A stretch of DNA of 64,000 nt from Hypanus sabinus (taxonomy: Eukaryota): NCBI RefSeq assembly GCF_030144855.1, contig NC_082720.1, positions 23,126,001 through 23,190,000 on the forward strand. The letters are read 5' to 3'. This document shows positions 24,627 to 39,099 of the stretch, piece by piece. Position 1 is the first letter of the stretch, and the number at the start of each line of letters is the position of its first letter. The notes below the pieces were generated by a model. That model worked only from the letters and a program-made list of their open reading frames with translations. It ran no database searches and was not told the DNA's origin. The translations under genes were made by a program, and so were the position numbers.

Positions 24627-27600
24627 TCTTTTTTTTCACTTTTTTTATTTTTATTGAACACAAACAAGAACAGAAACACTAAACATATGCTAACAAAGCC
24701 AGGGGATCACACATAAGCAGAAACAAATATATAACTATTAACTTTAAATATACAAATAAACAAGAAAATCCATTCTAAATACTGTTGGACAGAAGGAACT
24801 ATATCTAAAAGGAGTCACAAAACAGAAACACTTACAGAGATAACCTGAAACGTTGACAGATTTGTACAGTATTTACAGCTTTCTGGTTATGGGAAGTTTT
24901 CAGAGTATTAACGTATAGTTTGAAGTCTGATGTAAAAAATATAAATGAAGGTTTCTTATTGCTGTATTTGCATTTATGGATATAAAATTTGCTGTAAATT
25001 AACAAAAGATTTATGATAAAGAAATGATCCCTATGAGATTTAGTATTATTAGTAAACCCAAATAAGACATTTTCAAAGCAAAAAGTAAATTCCACATTAA
25101 TATATTGATCTATAAATTGACAAAAATCAACCCAAAATGTTTTAACATATTCACAATCCCAAAACAGATGAAATAAATCCTCCGGATATAAATGTCGAAA
25201 AGAACAGTTAGTTTCAATATCAGAACTAAACCTTGTCAAATAAACATTGGTTGGATAATATCTAAGTATAATTTTAAATGAAATTTCTTTAATTTTATTC
25301 CTCAATAATAATTTAGTAAATAAGCCCCAAATACTCCTCCACCTCAGAATCCCCAAGCGACTATTCCAAAAACGAACAGCCGTAGGAATAGAAGTAACGA
25401 CTTTTTGAAACAAACTTCTAATACCTCTATTATTTTTTTAAAAAGACGGAGAAAGACAAATCTTTCCAACAGCTGTACTGGATGGATCCAAGTTGGGTAA
25501 TTCTACTACCAAATATGATGTATTTCTAAACAACATATTTACACCAGAGGGAATTGCATCCGTAACACCAGCAAATTGTTTTGGAGTCACAGGAAATTCA
25601 AAGGCATATAAAAACCCAGTATAACTCAATAAAGTACCGCTTGAATTAAATAACTGTTTAACGAACAAAATATTATTATCAAACCAGTCTTTATAAAACA
25701 AAGATTCATTCTTATAAGTTATGTTGTGGTTATTCCAGATAAAGTAACTATGAGGAGAAAAATTGTGTTTGTAAATCAAAGACCAAGATAAAAGCATCTG
25801 TTTATGAAACTGAGATAAACGGGGAAGAACTTTGTCTATTTTGTAATTACATAAAAGAAAAAAAATTCAATCCACCAAGCTGGGAAAAGACAAAAGAAGG
25901 AATACAATTCCATATAGAAGGAGGATTATGTAAAAATTGTTTAATCCAATTAATTTAAAAAGTATTATTAAGACTGTCAAAATCAAGAAAATTTAAACCC
26001 CCCCTTGTCATAACTATTCATGACAGCATATTTTTTAATATAATGAACTTTGTTTTTCCATAACAAGTTAAACAACATGGTGTCTATCAATTTACAGATT
26101 TTTTTTATTGACGTATAAGGGGAGAGCTATATATATAATCCTGGAAAGACCTTCTGCTTTACAAAGCAAAACCTGGCCTTTCAAAGATAAGTCACTTTGA
26201 AGCCACTGGTTTAATCTTTTTTGGTTTTGTGTATAAGAGGTTGAAAATTATCCACACACCTTAAGTATTTGTTTTTAACAATAGTTATCCCCAAATATGT
26301 AACTTTGTCTTTTACTGGAATATTATTAATTATCGATTGAGTGCAACTTTTAAGAGGAAACAATTCACATTTGTGAATATTTAAACAGAGGCCTGAGGCT
26401 TTGGAAAAAACAGAAATATGTTTTAAAGCCAATGAGATCTCCGAAACATCATTTAAGTAAAGAATTTTATCATCTGCAAGCTGACTAATCAGAAAATTGG
26501 AATTTGCGCAGGAAATGCCTCTTAGAGGACTAGACTTGATGGAACAGGTGAGCAGCCGAGCACATAAAAGGAATAAATATGGTGAGATAGTACAACCTGG
26601 TCTCCCCCCCCCCCCCCCCATTCACATCAAATTCGGTGAAGTCCCCAACTTCAACTTTATAGAACTATTAGCGTTTGTGTACAAAGCCTTAAAAGCCTTG
26701 CAAAATAATCGACCAAATCCAAATTTACCAAAAGCAGAGAAGGTAAACTGATGCTCAATAGTATCAAAAGCTTGGTAGAAATCTAAAAACAGTTTAAAAC
26801 TATCATTTTGAACAAGATGAGAATAATCAATAAGATCTAAAACTAACCTGACATTATTAGAGATATGACGACCCTTCATGAAACCTGACTGTGTTTCATC
26901 AATAATAAGTGGTAAAAGTACTTTCATTCTGTTAGCAAAGATTTGGGCCAGACTTTTATAATCGCTATTGAGAAGGCAAATAGGATGCCAATTATCGATA
27001 AATAATTTATCTTTTCTTGGTTTAGGAATTAAAGTAATAAGGCCCTGTGTTAAAGAAGTGGGAAGAAATTCTTTATCAATACATTCTAAAAACAATTTTA
27101 GTAAAAAGGGAGCTAGGATGTCAGACAACATCTTACAAAATTCTGCAGTCAGACCATCCACACCCGGCGACTTACTATTTTTAAAATTTGAAACGGCAGC
27201 CTTAACCTCTCCCAAGGTAATAGAAGCATCACACAGGTCTTTCTGATCATTGGACAGGTTCCTAAGAATATTAATATCATTCATGAAATGCAGTGTAGAT
27301 GCTTCACAATATTTTGAGCTATAAGGTTTACTATAAAAAGTAGAACAATATTTTGCTACTTTTTTTAGAATCCTCTGTAATCACACCATCAATATTAAAC
27401 TGATGAATGGAATTGAATTGGGCACGCTGCTTTTCTAAATGAAAGAAATAAGCTGTACTCTGTTCACCCTCTTCCAACCATTGTTTTCGAGATCTCGCAT
27501 ATGCACCTTCTGCCCTTATAAGATAAAGATGGTTTAACTTATCTTTTAACAAAGCCAGCTCCTCTTTATGTTTCCCTGAAAGGTTATCTGGAAACAATTC

Positions 27601-28890
27601 ACATAAATTTGCAATCTTTGAGATTGTTCTTCCAATTTTCTTTTCTTTACTAAATAACAACTGTATTTCCTAAAGAATTTTGCAGATTCAAATATTTAAA
27701 GTTCCCAATTTGTAGAGAAATTATTCTCTACCATCACTTTATGCAAAAATTAGGTTGCCAGCTTTTAATACGCAAAGAGACAACTTCATGCCCCAAAATG
27801 GAATTTTAATTTCCAATAAGATTTAAAATTGGATTCAGCTGAAGATAATGCAATTTGTATATGGATAGCTTTATGATCTGTTAAAGGTGAGGGAAAAATT
27901 TAAATGTGACATTATTATTTCTTAAGGTATTGGATAGTAGCCAGTAATCTAGGCTAGACATGAATGTAATAGATTTATTAGACCAAGTATAATTTCTAAC
28001 TCCAGGAAAGTGCTCTCTCCAACTATCTATGATATTAAACTTCTGAATAAAGCTAGTAAAGTTATTATAAGTAGAGTGTTGCCTTGGTGGCTAATAATCA
28101 AAACGTTTTTCCAAAATCTCAAGTAATCTATCATTATCATTTCTAATATTATAACCATAAATATTAGCAGTAAGAAACATTTTACCACAATATTGTACGA
28201 TAAGACACAAAAAATGACCATTCGTATCCACCTCAGAGTGCAAAACATCTCCTTTAAAGTTAAACATTAGAATAAGAACACCTGCAGAATGTTCAGAACC
28301 ATGTGAAAACTAAACTTCGTTCCCCCACTGGGATTTCCATAGTTTAATGTCTTAATGTCTTTAACAGTCAGAGTGTGACTGTTGGTTTAAAAAGAAGTCC
28401 ACATGTTTATGCTGCTTTACAAACAAGAATAAAGCCTTATGTTTAACAGTGTGTCTAAGTTCCCTGGCATTAAGAGAAAAAAGTGAAAAGACAGTCTTAT
28501 GAGAGGCTATATATATATATATATACATATATATATACACACACACAAAAAGAATTCCCATCTCTAATAATAACAGTGAAAAAAAACTATCCCAGTCCTA
28601 TATGAATAAAGGTCAGACTCGAATATTTGTAAAGGTAGTAGACCGGTTGCCACACCAAGATGTTATTGTTCTGCTCGTATCTCTTTTACATCAATGAAAG
28701 CTCAGGTCCCAGCAAAGAAAGCATGCTTCCCATCTTTTCTAGCAGCCTCCACCAGTGGCCACAGCTTCTGTCGGGCCAACTTATCAGCTGCAGTCAGGTC
28801 CTCGGTGATCCTTAGGCTCTGCGAGAGCAAGTATTCATTGTGAATTAGTGATTTCATACTTCTGCCATCTTGCAGTCATTACCTATAGTA
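24627..28890 (-). mobile_element. Decayed L1/Tx1-type LINE (ORF1 end, endonuclease, RT, Cys/His C-terminal domain, A-rich tail)
   Basis: Minus-strand ORFs: FSLNARELR (endonuclease), KSPGVDGLTAEF...FLDFYQAFD (RT), PGCTISPYLF, ISQLADD, and CSF...HLFWDC. An ORF1-like ITEDLTAADKLARQKLWPLVEAARKDGK lies at ~28690-28860. Confidence 0.92.
28508..28549. repeat. (TA)n/(CA)n compound microsatellite
   Basis: Direct reading. Confidence 0.85.
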
Positions 28891-29479
28891 TCTTCCAGTC
28901 TCCCATTCTCTCTCCCTTCCCCAGTTCCCTGACTCACTGCCCACGAATATTGACCATTAGTGTAGGAGAGACAGAAAATATTCTATCAATCACAAGTGGG
29001 TTAATATTTTAGGATACTGAGACCATTTGGTCTTTATCAGATTGTGTGACCAACTCCAGATATTGTAACGTTTCAATCAGTAGCATCCATACAAACTTTG
29101 TGTACAGCTGTGCAAAATCTGGGGACAATAAATCAGTCACTTTGAATAGAATGAAAAGTACCTTAGCTCTGAAATGGAGAACGTGTTGGAAAAGCATAGG
29201 ATTAGCAGTCACTGGGACAAGTGTAGTTTGTTTAGAAACATCTGGTGTGGCTTTGTTAAAGACTAATGGTGTCTAAGTAATACTATACAATTCTTGATGA
29301 GGAAACAGGATCACTGAGGGAAATACAGTTGATGAATATATGTACTTCCAACAAGTATTAAATAACGTGTTACATTTGTACGCAGCTATAGTTTTGGTGC
29401 ACATCTTGGTGGGCATAAATGACATGGACCTATTTCCATGCTATATTACTTTATACTCAGTTATAGGATTTTCATCAAG

Positions 29480-30790
29480 GTTAGTTCACCAAACACTTAA
29501 GAAAGAAAACAGGACGGCCAAAAGAAGGCATGAGGTTCCCTTAACAGACAAGGTGAATGAAAATTCCAAGGTATTCTACAGATACGTTAAGAACAAGGAT
29601 TTCAAGGGACAGAACTAGTTCTCTGTAAGATCAGAATGGTAATCCATGTGTGGAGCCAGAAGAGATGGAGGAGATCTTAAAAGAATATTTTGTATCTGTA
29701 TTTACTCAGGAGACAGTCACAGAGTCTACAGAAGTGATGTAAAACAGCATCAATTTCATGGACTCTAAACAGATTACAGAGGAGGAGGTGTTTGCTCACC
29801 TGCGGCAAATTAGAGTGAATAAATTCTCAAGGCCTGACAAGGTGTTCCCTTGGACAAGTACAAACATTGCAGGGACATTTAAATCATCCTAGTGACATAT
29901 AAGATGTCAGAGGATGAGAAGATAGCCAATGTTGCTCTGCTGTTTAATAAAGGCTTTATAAATAAACCAGGAAATTAAAGACTGGTGAGCCTGACATCAG
30001 TAGTAGGAAAGTTATTGGAAGATACTCTTTGGGACTGGATGTATGTGTTTCTGGATAGACATAGACTGATTAAGGATAGTCAGCATGGCTTTGTGTGTGG
30101 TAGGTTGTGTCTAACCAATCTTATTGAGTTTTTTCAAGAAAATTATCAGGAAAATTGAAGAATGTAAGGCAGTGCCTGTTGTCCACATGGACTTTAGCAA
30201 AACCTTCTATAACTTCCGAAATGGGAGGTTGGACAAGAGTGTTCATTCAGTTGGCATTCAAGATAAAGTAGTAAATTGGATTGGACTGTTGAAGTGTGGT
30301 AGTAGATGGTTGCCTCTCTGACCTGAGGCCTGGGACGAGTGGTGTGCCACAGGGATCGGTACTTGTCATCTATATCAGTAATCTATATAATAATGTAGTA
30401 AACTAGATCAGCAAATTTGCAGATGACACCAAGATTGGGATGTAGTAGATAGGAAGGAGATGATCGTGGATGGATCTGGACCAGCTGGAAAAATGTGCTG
30501 AAAATGGCAAATAGAATTTAATGCGAGGGAATGCACTTTGGTAGGACCAATCGACGTAGTCTTGTATGGTGAATGGTAGGACACTTAGAACAAAGGGATC
30601 TGGGAATACAGGTCCATAGTTGCATCACAGAAAGTGGCAACACAGGAAAATAAGGTAATTAAAAAAGCTTTTGGAACATTGACTTTCATAAATCAAGGTA
30701 TATAGTACAAGAGATATTGAAGTTGTATAAGACATTGCCAAGGCCTAATTTGGAGCATTGTATGCAGTTCTGGTCACCTGCCTACAGTAT
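29480..30790 (+). mobile_element. Decayed CR1 ORF2 (copy B of 3400-4700)
   Basis: AVPVVHMDFSKTF, ggtgtgccacagggatcgg, FADDTKIG. Confidence 0.85.
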
Positions 30791-31644
30791 CTATAAAGTA
30801 GAATGAACAGAGAATTGTATAAATGACATAAAGCAGAGTTGGCTTGATTTGGGTCTGAAGGGAAGTGCACAGCGTACATACCCAGGATATATGCCAGAAT
30901 CAGATTCAGGTTTAATACACCTGCATATTTAGGAAATTTGATGTTTTGCAGCAACTGTACTTTGCAAAACCTAGTAATAAAAACTATAAATTAAAATTTT
31001 AAAGTATACATAAACAAAATTACATAAGTCATGCAAAAAGTGAGAGGCAAAAAATGGATCATATTTTCCAAATATACTGATGAAACAAAAACAAGATGTA
31101 TTGTGAAGCATGAAGAAGACAGTAATGGACATTAAGGACTGGCTGGAGGAATGGGAGATGGGTGCTCAGAAGTATAAAATGTTATATTTTATAAGCAAAT
31201 GCAGAAATAAACCAGATGGACCATATGAAAATGAGAATAGCATGGAAATTGCTAACAAGCATCAGGAGACTTCCCAGTTAAGTGCCTGTATATGAAAGAC
31301 CAATGATACAGTTATCAATGCAGTAATGAATGAGGGTTGGGAACTGAGTAGAAATGAAAGAAAGAATAATCAAAACAGCTCAAAAACACAGGTATAACTC
31401 ACAATTAAAGTTTCTTTAAGCCTCAGTCTTTATTTTGATAAAAAGAATAAAAAAGAATGTCGAGTATGTGAACAAGCTCAACAAGCTACATGAGATTGTT
31501 GGTGGAGAGGACTGGATGGATCCCAATAAAGGAACAAGTGTCTTCTTATTACCTTGGTGTAGAGGGATTCAATATCCATCACTCATTTGTTTTATGTTTT
31601 CAGTGGATACAATGAACATGGGTCACTGCAATGAAACTGCTGGT

Positions 31645-32230
31645 TAACAGATTCATTCCCTTGTTCCTGAGCTTTTACTGACAATTCATACAGCTAATTT
31701 TCAAACCACCAGGGCAATTCCCTTGACTTTCTTCATATTTTAGATCCGTAGATATTTGTGTTGAATACATTCAGTGACTGAACGACAGCTGTCTGGGTTG
31801 GAGAACTCCAAATACTTAATACATTATTGGAGAAGATCTTGGTCTAATTTCAGTGTTGAATGGGACCTCTGGTTTTTGATGTCCCATCCAGGAAAAGCAT
31901 CTTCTGTACATCTGAATCAAATGGTCTTAGAATTGTGAGTATTTTAGTGACATCGCCTCTCATTCCTCAGAGCTGCAGATTGTGCTTAATCTCTGCTCTG
32001 CTCAAAGATTAATATCCTCATCAATGTGGTGAGCTTTGGTCACTTCTGATCAAGTTTATATTTCCTTGGGGGGGGGGGGGAAGACCAGACCTGTATACGA
32101 TATCCCAGGTGGAGTCTCACTAAGGTCATTTATAATGTTAATAAGACCACTTGTACTCAAGTCTCCTTGCAGCAAAGGTAAACATTCTGTTAGTCTTCCT
32201 GACACTTTGCCTAACTTTCAGAGACGCATG
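31645..32230 (-). mobile_element. CR1 fragment, copy B only
   Basis: Reverse-complement CR1 RT/linker sequence. Absent from copy A around 5630. Confidence 0.5.
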
Positions 32231-32399
32231 TGCAAAGACATCTGAATAACCTCCCAAAATCAACACTATACAATGCTGTACTGTATAAAAGTTTTACATG
32301 AAAGTTTTCAAAGTGTTACATGAAAGTAGATACTATTATATTTTTCTGCATTATACTCGAATTGTCATATCCTCCCCCATTCACTTAGCACTGCTTCAT

Positions 32400-32690
32400 A
32401 ATATAGGGGCATCCATTTACAGCACAGATGAGGAGCAATTTCTTAAGCCACAGAGTGGTAATTCTGTGGAATTCAGTCATTGCAACAACTGGCTGTGGAG
32501 GCGAGGTCATTAGGTTCATTTAAAGCAAAGGTTGATAAGTCCTTGATTACTCAAGGCATGAAATGTCACGGGGAGAAGTCTGGAAAATGAGACTGAAAGG
32601 TAAAATGGATCAGCCATGATGAAATGGAGGAGCAGATTCAAGAGGCAGAATGGCCTAATCCTGCTCCTATCCCTTCTGGTCTAATGATGG
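32400..32690 (+). mobile_element. CR1 3' end (copy B of 6710-6955)
   Basis: ggggcatccatttacagcacagatgagg...gcctaatcctgctcctatc. Confidence 0.75.
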
Positions 32691-35090
32691 ATGCTGCCTT
32701 CCTTACATAGTACTCCATGTAGATGTGTTCAGTGGTAGAGGGGCTTTACCCATGATGGAACTTGCTCTATCCACTACTTTTTGTGAGTTGTTCCATTCAA
32801 GGGCTGTGGTGTTTCCATTGCAGGCTGTGATGCACCAGTCAATGTAATCTCCACTGGACATCTATAGAAGTTTGTCAAAATTTTAGGTAACATGCCAAAT
32901 CTTTGCAAACCTCTAAGAAAGTAGAGGTGCTGTCAGGCTTTCTTCTTAATGGCACATACATGCTGGTCCTAGGACAGATCTAATGAAATGATCACACTGA
33001 GGAGTTTAACATTGTCGACTTTCTCTACCTCTGATCCTCTGATAAGGATTGACTCATGAACCTTTGGGTTTCCTCCTCTTGAAGTCAATAATCTGCTCTT
33101 TGGTCTTGCTGACAACGAGTGGGTAGTTTCTATGGCACCACCTAGCCAGTTTTCAATTTTCCTCCTATATTCTGATTCATCACCACCTTTGATTCAACCA
33201 ATGACAATGGCGTCGTCAGCAAACAAACATGGCATTCAAGCTCTGCTTAGCCTCACATTCATAAGTATAAAGGGATTAGAGCAGGGAGCTAAGCAGACAG
33301 CCTTGTGGTGCCCTGTGATGATGGTGATTGTGGAGGAGATGTTGTTGCCAATCTGAACTGTCTGGGGTTTGTAAGTGAGGAAATCAAGGATCCAATTGCA
33401 CAAGGAGGGATTGAGGCCAAGGTCTTGAAGTTCATTGATTAGTCTTGAAGGGATGATTTTGGTGAATGCTGAGCTGCAGTCAATGCAGTTCATGCTGATG
33501 TATGCACCTTCGCTGTCCAGGTATTCCTGGATTGAGTGAACAGCCAATGAAATGGCATCAGTTGTTGACCTGTTATGAAGGTAAGTCAATTGGAACCAAC
33601 ACAAGTCACTTCTCAGGCAGGAGTTGATATGTTTCATCATCAGACTCTCAAAGCACTTCATCACAGTGAATGTGAGTGCTACTGGATGACAATCATTGAG
33701 GCACGTCATCACGTTCTACTTGGTGACCGATATAATTGAAACCTGCTTGAAGCAAGTGAGTAATCCAGACCACTGAAGTGAGAGGTTAAAGATGTCGGTG
33801 AACACTCCAGCCTGTTGATCAACAAAAGTCCTTATTACTTGGCCAGGTACCCTATCTGGGCCAGATGTTTTCTGTGGATTCACCCCCTTGAAGTATGCTC
33901 TGAAATCAGCCTCTGAGACTCAAATCACAGGGTCGTCGGGGCTGTGGGAGTTTGTGAAAGTGCCTCCATGTTTTTGGCGGTCAAAGCCAGTCTAAAAACC
34001 ATTGAGTTTATTTGGGAGCGAAACATTTTTTGTCAGCTATCTCACTTGGTTTCACTTTGTAGGATGTGATAGCGTTGAAGCTCCGCCACAGCGTTTGAGC
34101 ATGCTTCAGTGATTCAAGTTTGGTCCAGAACTACCACTTTGCATGTGAGATGGCTTTCCGGGACCTGGAACCCTAGAATTCTGCTTGGTCGCCACACTTG
34201 AATGCCACTTATTTAGCCCTCTGCAGATTGTGGGTCTCATGGTTCATCCATAGCTTCTGACTGATGAAATTCCTGAATGATTTTGTGGTTACAACACAGG
34301 TCTAAGACTGTGAGAACTGTGGTGTAGTCATTTAGATCCCCTGATGAATTCTTGAACACAGCCCAGTCTACCAACTTGAAACAATCCCATAGCCGGTCCT
34401 CTGACACCTGCGACCTTCTCTTTGTTGTCCTTATCTCTGGAGCCTTGCTATTTAGCTTCTGCCTATATGCAGGTAGGAGCAAGACAGCCAAATTATCAGA
34501 TTTCTTAAAAATCCAGTCTAAGCATGGAATGATGAGCTTTCCTAATTGTAATATCACAGCAATTGTGTGAGTTTGGACTCCTGGTGCTGCAGGTAATTGG
34601 TTAATGGTAGCTGGGTAGAGATTGCTTCAAACAAAGCTGACTGAATTCCCTGCCAATGATTTGTAAGGTATCAGGATAGGCTCTTTCTTGTTTGCTGATG
34701 GCGGTACTCTCTGTTTGTACTGATCAACATCAACCTTTGGGGATATATAAATTGTGGTTGGGATCATGGATGAGAAATCTCTTAGTAAGTAGAATGGTCA
34801 GCACTTAGACATTAGATGTTCCAGGTTGGAGGAACAAGAGCCCTAATTTTTTCCCTTCTCCAAGTCGGCTGTGCGGTCTATCCTTTGTATTGAGATGCAT
34901 TGTGGGCCGAAGGGCCTGTATTGTGCTGTAGGTTTCCTATGTTCTATGTTTTAACCACTCTTACCAATATATATAGCATGTCCAAGTGAACCATATCCCC
35001 TCGAAACAGAGAACGTAGCAATTCCTCATTTCCCTCTGATACAGCAGTCTTGCCCTTAGGTCCTCAACCTTATCCTCCAGCAACTGTAAT
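32690..35090 (-). mobile_element. Decayed L2 ORF2 (copy B of 6958-9230)
   Basis: ORF 33236-33712(-) has CLNDCHPVALTFTVMKCFESL...NRSTTDAI...DCSSAFTKI. Confidence 0.88.
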
Positions 35091-35224
35091 GTGCTGACAA
35101 GATACTGGGAAGAAGGCATTTCATGTGCCAGTGTTTCAGTCTCACTTGGAGTCTTCCCCTCCTCTCTCTTTTCTGGCCATGGTGATGTATCTTTGCAGGC
35201 TTAAAGCTGCTGTACCTGCATGCT

Positions 35225-36900
35225 TAAGAGTTCAGAATCAAAATCAGGTTTATTATCACCAGCATGTATCGTGAAATTTGTTAACTTAGCAGCAGTAGTT
35301 CAGTGCAATGCATAATATAGAAGAAAATAAATTAATAAATAAATAAATTGATCATTAAATAATTAAGGAATTACATTATATGTATATTGAATAGATTAAA
35401 AATCATGCAAAAACAGAAATAATATATATTTAAAAAAGTGAGGTAGTGTCCCATGATACAATGCCCATTTAGGAATCAGATGACAGAGAAGAAGAAGCTG
35501 TTCCTGAATTGCTGACTGTGTGCCTTCAAGCTTCTGTACTTCTTACCTGATAGTAACAATGAGAAAAGGGCATGCCCTGGGTGCTGGGGGTCCTTAATAA
35601 TGGACACTGCCTTTCTGAGACACCGCTGCTTGAAGATGTCCTGAGTACTTTGTAGCCTCGTACCCAAGATGGAGCTGACTAAATTTACGACCCTCTGCAG
35701 CTTCTTTCGGTCTTGTGCAGTAGACACGTTCCATGCAATGATGTAGCCTGTCAGAATGCTCTCCACGGTACCTCTGTAGAAGTTTTTGAGTGTTTTCGTT
35801 GATACACCAAATCACTTCAAACTCCTAATGAAGTATAGTCCCCGTCTTGCCTTCTTTATTGCTGCATCAATATGTTGGGACCAGGTTAAGTCCTCAGAGA
35901 TCCTGATACCCAGGAACTTGAAACTGTTCACTCTGTCCACTTCTGATCCCTCTGTGAGGTTTGGTATGTGTTACTTCATCTTACCCTTCCTGAAATCCAA
36001 AATCAGCTTTTTTGCCTTACTGATATTGAGTGCCAGGTTGTTGCTGTGACACCACTCCATTAGTTGGTATATCTCGCTCCTGTACGCCAACTCGTCTCCA
36101 TCTGAGACTCTACCAATAATGTTTATATCATCAGCAAATTTATAGATGGTATTTGAGCTATGCCTAGCCACACAGTCATGGGTGTAGAGAGCTAAGCACA
36201 CATCCCTGAGGTGCACAAGTGTTGGTGGTCAGCAAGGTGGAGATATTATCACTAATCCACACAGATTGTTGTCTTCCAGTTAGGAAGTCGAGGATCCAAT
36301 TTCAGAGTGAAGTACAGAGGCCCAGGTTCTGCAACTTCTCAATCAGGATTGTCGGAATGATGATGTTAAATGCTGAGCTATAGTCAATGAACAGCATCCT
36401 GACATGGGTGTTTGTGTTGTCCAGGTGGTCTAAAGCTGTGTGGATTGCCATTGATATTGCATCTGGCTTTGACCTATTGTGGCAATAGGCAAAATACAAT
36501 GGGTCCATGTCCTTGCAGAGGCAGGAGTTCAGTCTGGTTATGATGAGTTTCTCAAAGCATTTCATCATTGTAGATGTGAGTGCTACTGGACGATAGTCAT
36601 TAAGGCAGCTCACATTATTCTTCTTAGGCACTGGTATAATAGTTGCCCTTTTGAAGCAAGTGGGAACTTCTGCCTGTAGCAGTGAGAGGTTGAAAATGTC
36701 CTTGAATACTCCCATCAGTTGGTTGGCACAGGTTTTCAGAGCCTTACCAGGTACTCCATCGGGGCCTTCCTCCTTGCGAGGGTTCAACTTCTTTAACGAC
36801 AGCCTAACATCAGCCTCCAAGACAGAGATCACAGGGTCATTGGGTACAGCAGGGATCTTCACAGCTGCAGTCATATTCTCCCTTTCAAAACGGGCATAGA
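35225..36900 (-). mobile_element. Younger 5'-truncated L2 LINE, copy B only
   Basis: ORFs 36302-36874, 35971-36216 and 35476-35766(-) give GPDGVPGKALK, LNDYRPVALT, YKFADD and KDPQHPGHALFSLL. Tail near 35225-35270. Confidence 0.92.
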
Positions 36901-37213
36901 ATGCGTCCAGTCATAAGTCCACCAAGTCCTTCAGAAGATCGTGAAATCACTAATTCGTTAAGGTGGTTGAAATTCAACATCAGGCTACAGATTGCAGTCA
37001 GAGTAGTTCAGAAGAAGTGTATTTAGAAGTTTTGTAACCTGCCTGTAACACGTCGCCATGATTCATCAGCACCTTCTTTGCTCTCATCTTTGCATATAGA
37101 GTGAAAACAACTGGGTTCTCAGTACAATTGCATTGGACCCAGCACTTACTCAATCTGTTTACCTCACTGTTTTATTACTGTAACAAGAGCATTCCTGTGT
37201 ACTACTCCCAGTG

Positions 37214-37771
37214 CAGGTTTCCCCAGCAATCCGAAGGTAGAGTGTTCCGATGAAACAGTTTGTAAGCGGAAATGTCGTAAAGCGAAGAAGCAATTACCAT
37301 TAATTTATATGGGAAAAATTTTTGAGCATTCCCAGACCCAAAAAATAGCCTACCAAATCATACCAAATAGTACATAAAACCTAAAATAACACTAACATAT
37401 AGTTAAAGCAGGAATGATACGATAAATATACACCTTATATAAAGTAGAAATATTGTATGTATGGTGTAGCTTCACTTATCAAAATCGGGAAGACAGCGAG
37501 CCAAAGTCGATTTGGAGGAAAAAAATCGGCACGTACACGCATATGTACACACGTGTGTATGCACGTTCATGCATATGCACATACACGCATGTGCCCGCAC
37601 AAGGTTTCACGGTTATTGTAGTCTTTCTCGGGGTAAACACATGTATAAAGTGGGCGTCTTTTTTTCGTAAAAGCGAAAATCCTCTTTGGTTAGCAAAAAT
37701 GGGTTCTAATGTAGGTCTTTCGTAACAGTGAGTTGTCGTAAAGCGAATGTTCGAAAAATGGGGGACACCTG
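37214..37771. mobile_element. Tigger-like MITE, copy B only
   Basis: Imperfect inverted ends caggtttcccc / ggggacacctg. Empty site at ~10140 in copy A. Confidence 0.65.
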
Positions 37772-38957
37772 TGTATTCTTTTGTTGAATTGTGGAAACAT
37801 GAAAGGCACTTTGAACATGTGTATACATCTCACTTACCAGTTCTCTGTATCTAATTTAGTTCTAGGTGAGTCATTGATTGAGAAAGATGAATGAGCTCAC
37901 GAACATAAAAGTAAATGAACTTTCTTCTGTTACAGAGGCCAGCATAAATCTCCTTCACCCACAATTGTGTCCTTTTCTACAGATCTTGGAAATAATATTG
38001 TCTCATTTGCAGGATCAGTCTAAAGCTTCCAGACATTACAAGTTATCTTCTAAACGATGATATTAATGAAATTTTTCATTAGTGTAAACTGCACAATTTA
38101 ACTGTAGGTGGTCAAAGTGGACAAGAGTGCCTTGAAATTGATTTTAATTTAAATGTTTATGTGTAGAACATTCAGAATTATGGTGGCTTTAACTGAGATA
38201 AAGTATTGCAAAAGGGTAGGTTAGGAATGCTTGTGATTGGATTGAGAATTAGTTTTGCTTTTTATAAAGTGCCTTTCATATTGTCAGGTTATCCACTATC
38301 CCAAAGCACTGAACAAAAAATGAGGAACTAACTTTAAGAAACAGCTTTGTGGCTGTTACCATATTTGGATGGTGATATCAATTTTTATTAGCGTTGAGTA
38401 AGAGCTAATTTTGGTCAGGAAATGAGGTTATTTCTCATTTTCTGCAGTATTCCCTTGAGATCTCTTACACTCACCTCAAACAAGCCACAAGGCTACAAGT
38501 TTATTTTACATCTGGAAGATAGGTTGTGTCTTTAGTCTGACGAAGTTGAGTCTGTTTGTATCAGCATACTTCCAACTTGCGTGGAGGACTTAACATTTAG
38601 GAACCTCTCTCAGTATTCAATACAATTGGAATCAGATTTATTGGCACTGACTATTGTCATGAAATTTGACGTTATATGGCAGCAGTACAGTACAAAGATA
38701 TAATTATTTTCTTTATTTTGAGATACAGCACAGTAACAAATACCTCCCCAAAAACCACAAGTGTGTAAATCATTCCATCCCCTTTCTAGCCAAGGGGCTA
38801 GACTTGATCTCATATTAGGAAATAAGCTGGGAAAATATTTGATTTGTTCACTGGTATGATGACACTTTGTGATCAGTGACCAGAATTAAATGAGTTTTAA
38901 GGTAGCATAGACAAAGATGTGATCCAATATAATGTTAACGGGGGAAATGCAGTGACA

Positions 38958-39064
38958 TGCCAAAGGGTCTCTGGCTGAAGCATCGACTGTACTCCTTTCC
39001 GGCATGCTGCCTGACCAGCTGAGTTCCTCCAGCATTTTATCTATGTTTCTCAGATTTCTAGCAT
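38958..39064 (+). repeat. Short remnant of a Penelope/SINE-type terminal repeat
   Basis: aagggtctctggctgaagcatcgactg...tgctgcctgaccagctgagttcctccagca. Family assignment is from recall. Absent from copy A. Confidence 0.45.
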
Positions 39065-39099
39065 GGGCAGATTTACTCTTGTTTGCAAAAGTCTAATTT

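Noticed and set aside
26602-26620. Long C/G homopolymers (also ~13865, 18049, 32068) as regulatory G-quadruplexes
   Set aside because: Single runs, one interrupting an L1 RT motif; slippage or sequencing artefact is the simpler explanation.
29041-29157. 117-nt AG/GT-bounded open frame with three Cys and N-glycosylation sequons (DCVTNSRYCNVSISSIHTNFVYSCAK...); homologue at 2955-3070
   Set aside because: Copy A is 1 nt shorter, most A/B differences are non-synonymous, the donor is weak and the opposite strand is also open. More likely a decayed unclassified repeat than an exon.
38958-39064. Possible hammerhead ribozyme of a Penelope-like terminal repeat
   Set aside because: The catalytic cores CUGANGA and GAAA are not present in this copy; degenerate remnant only.
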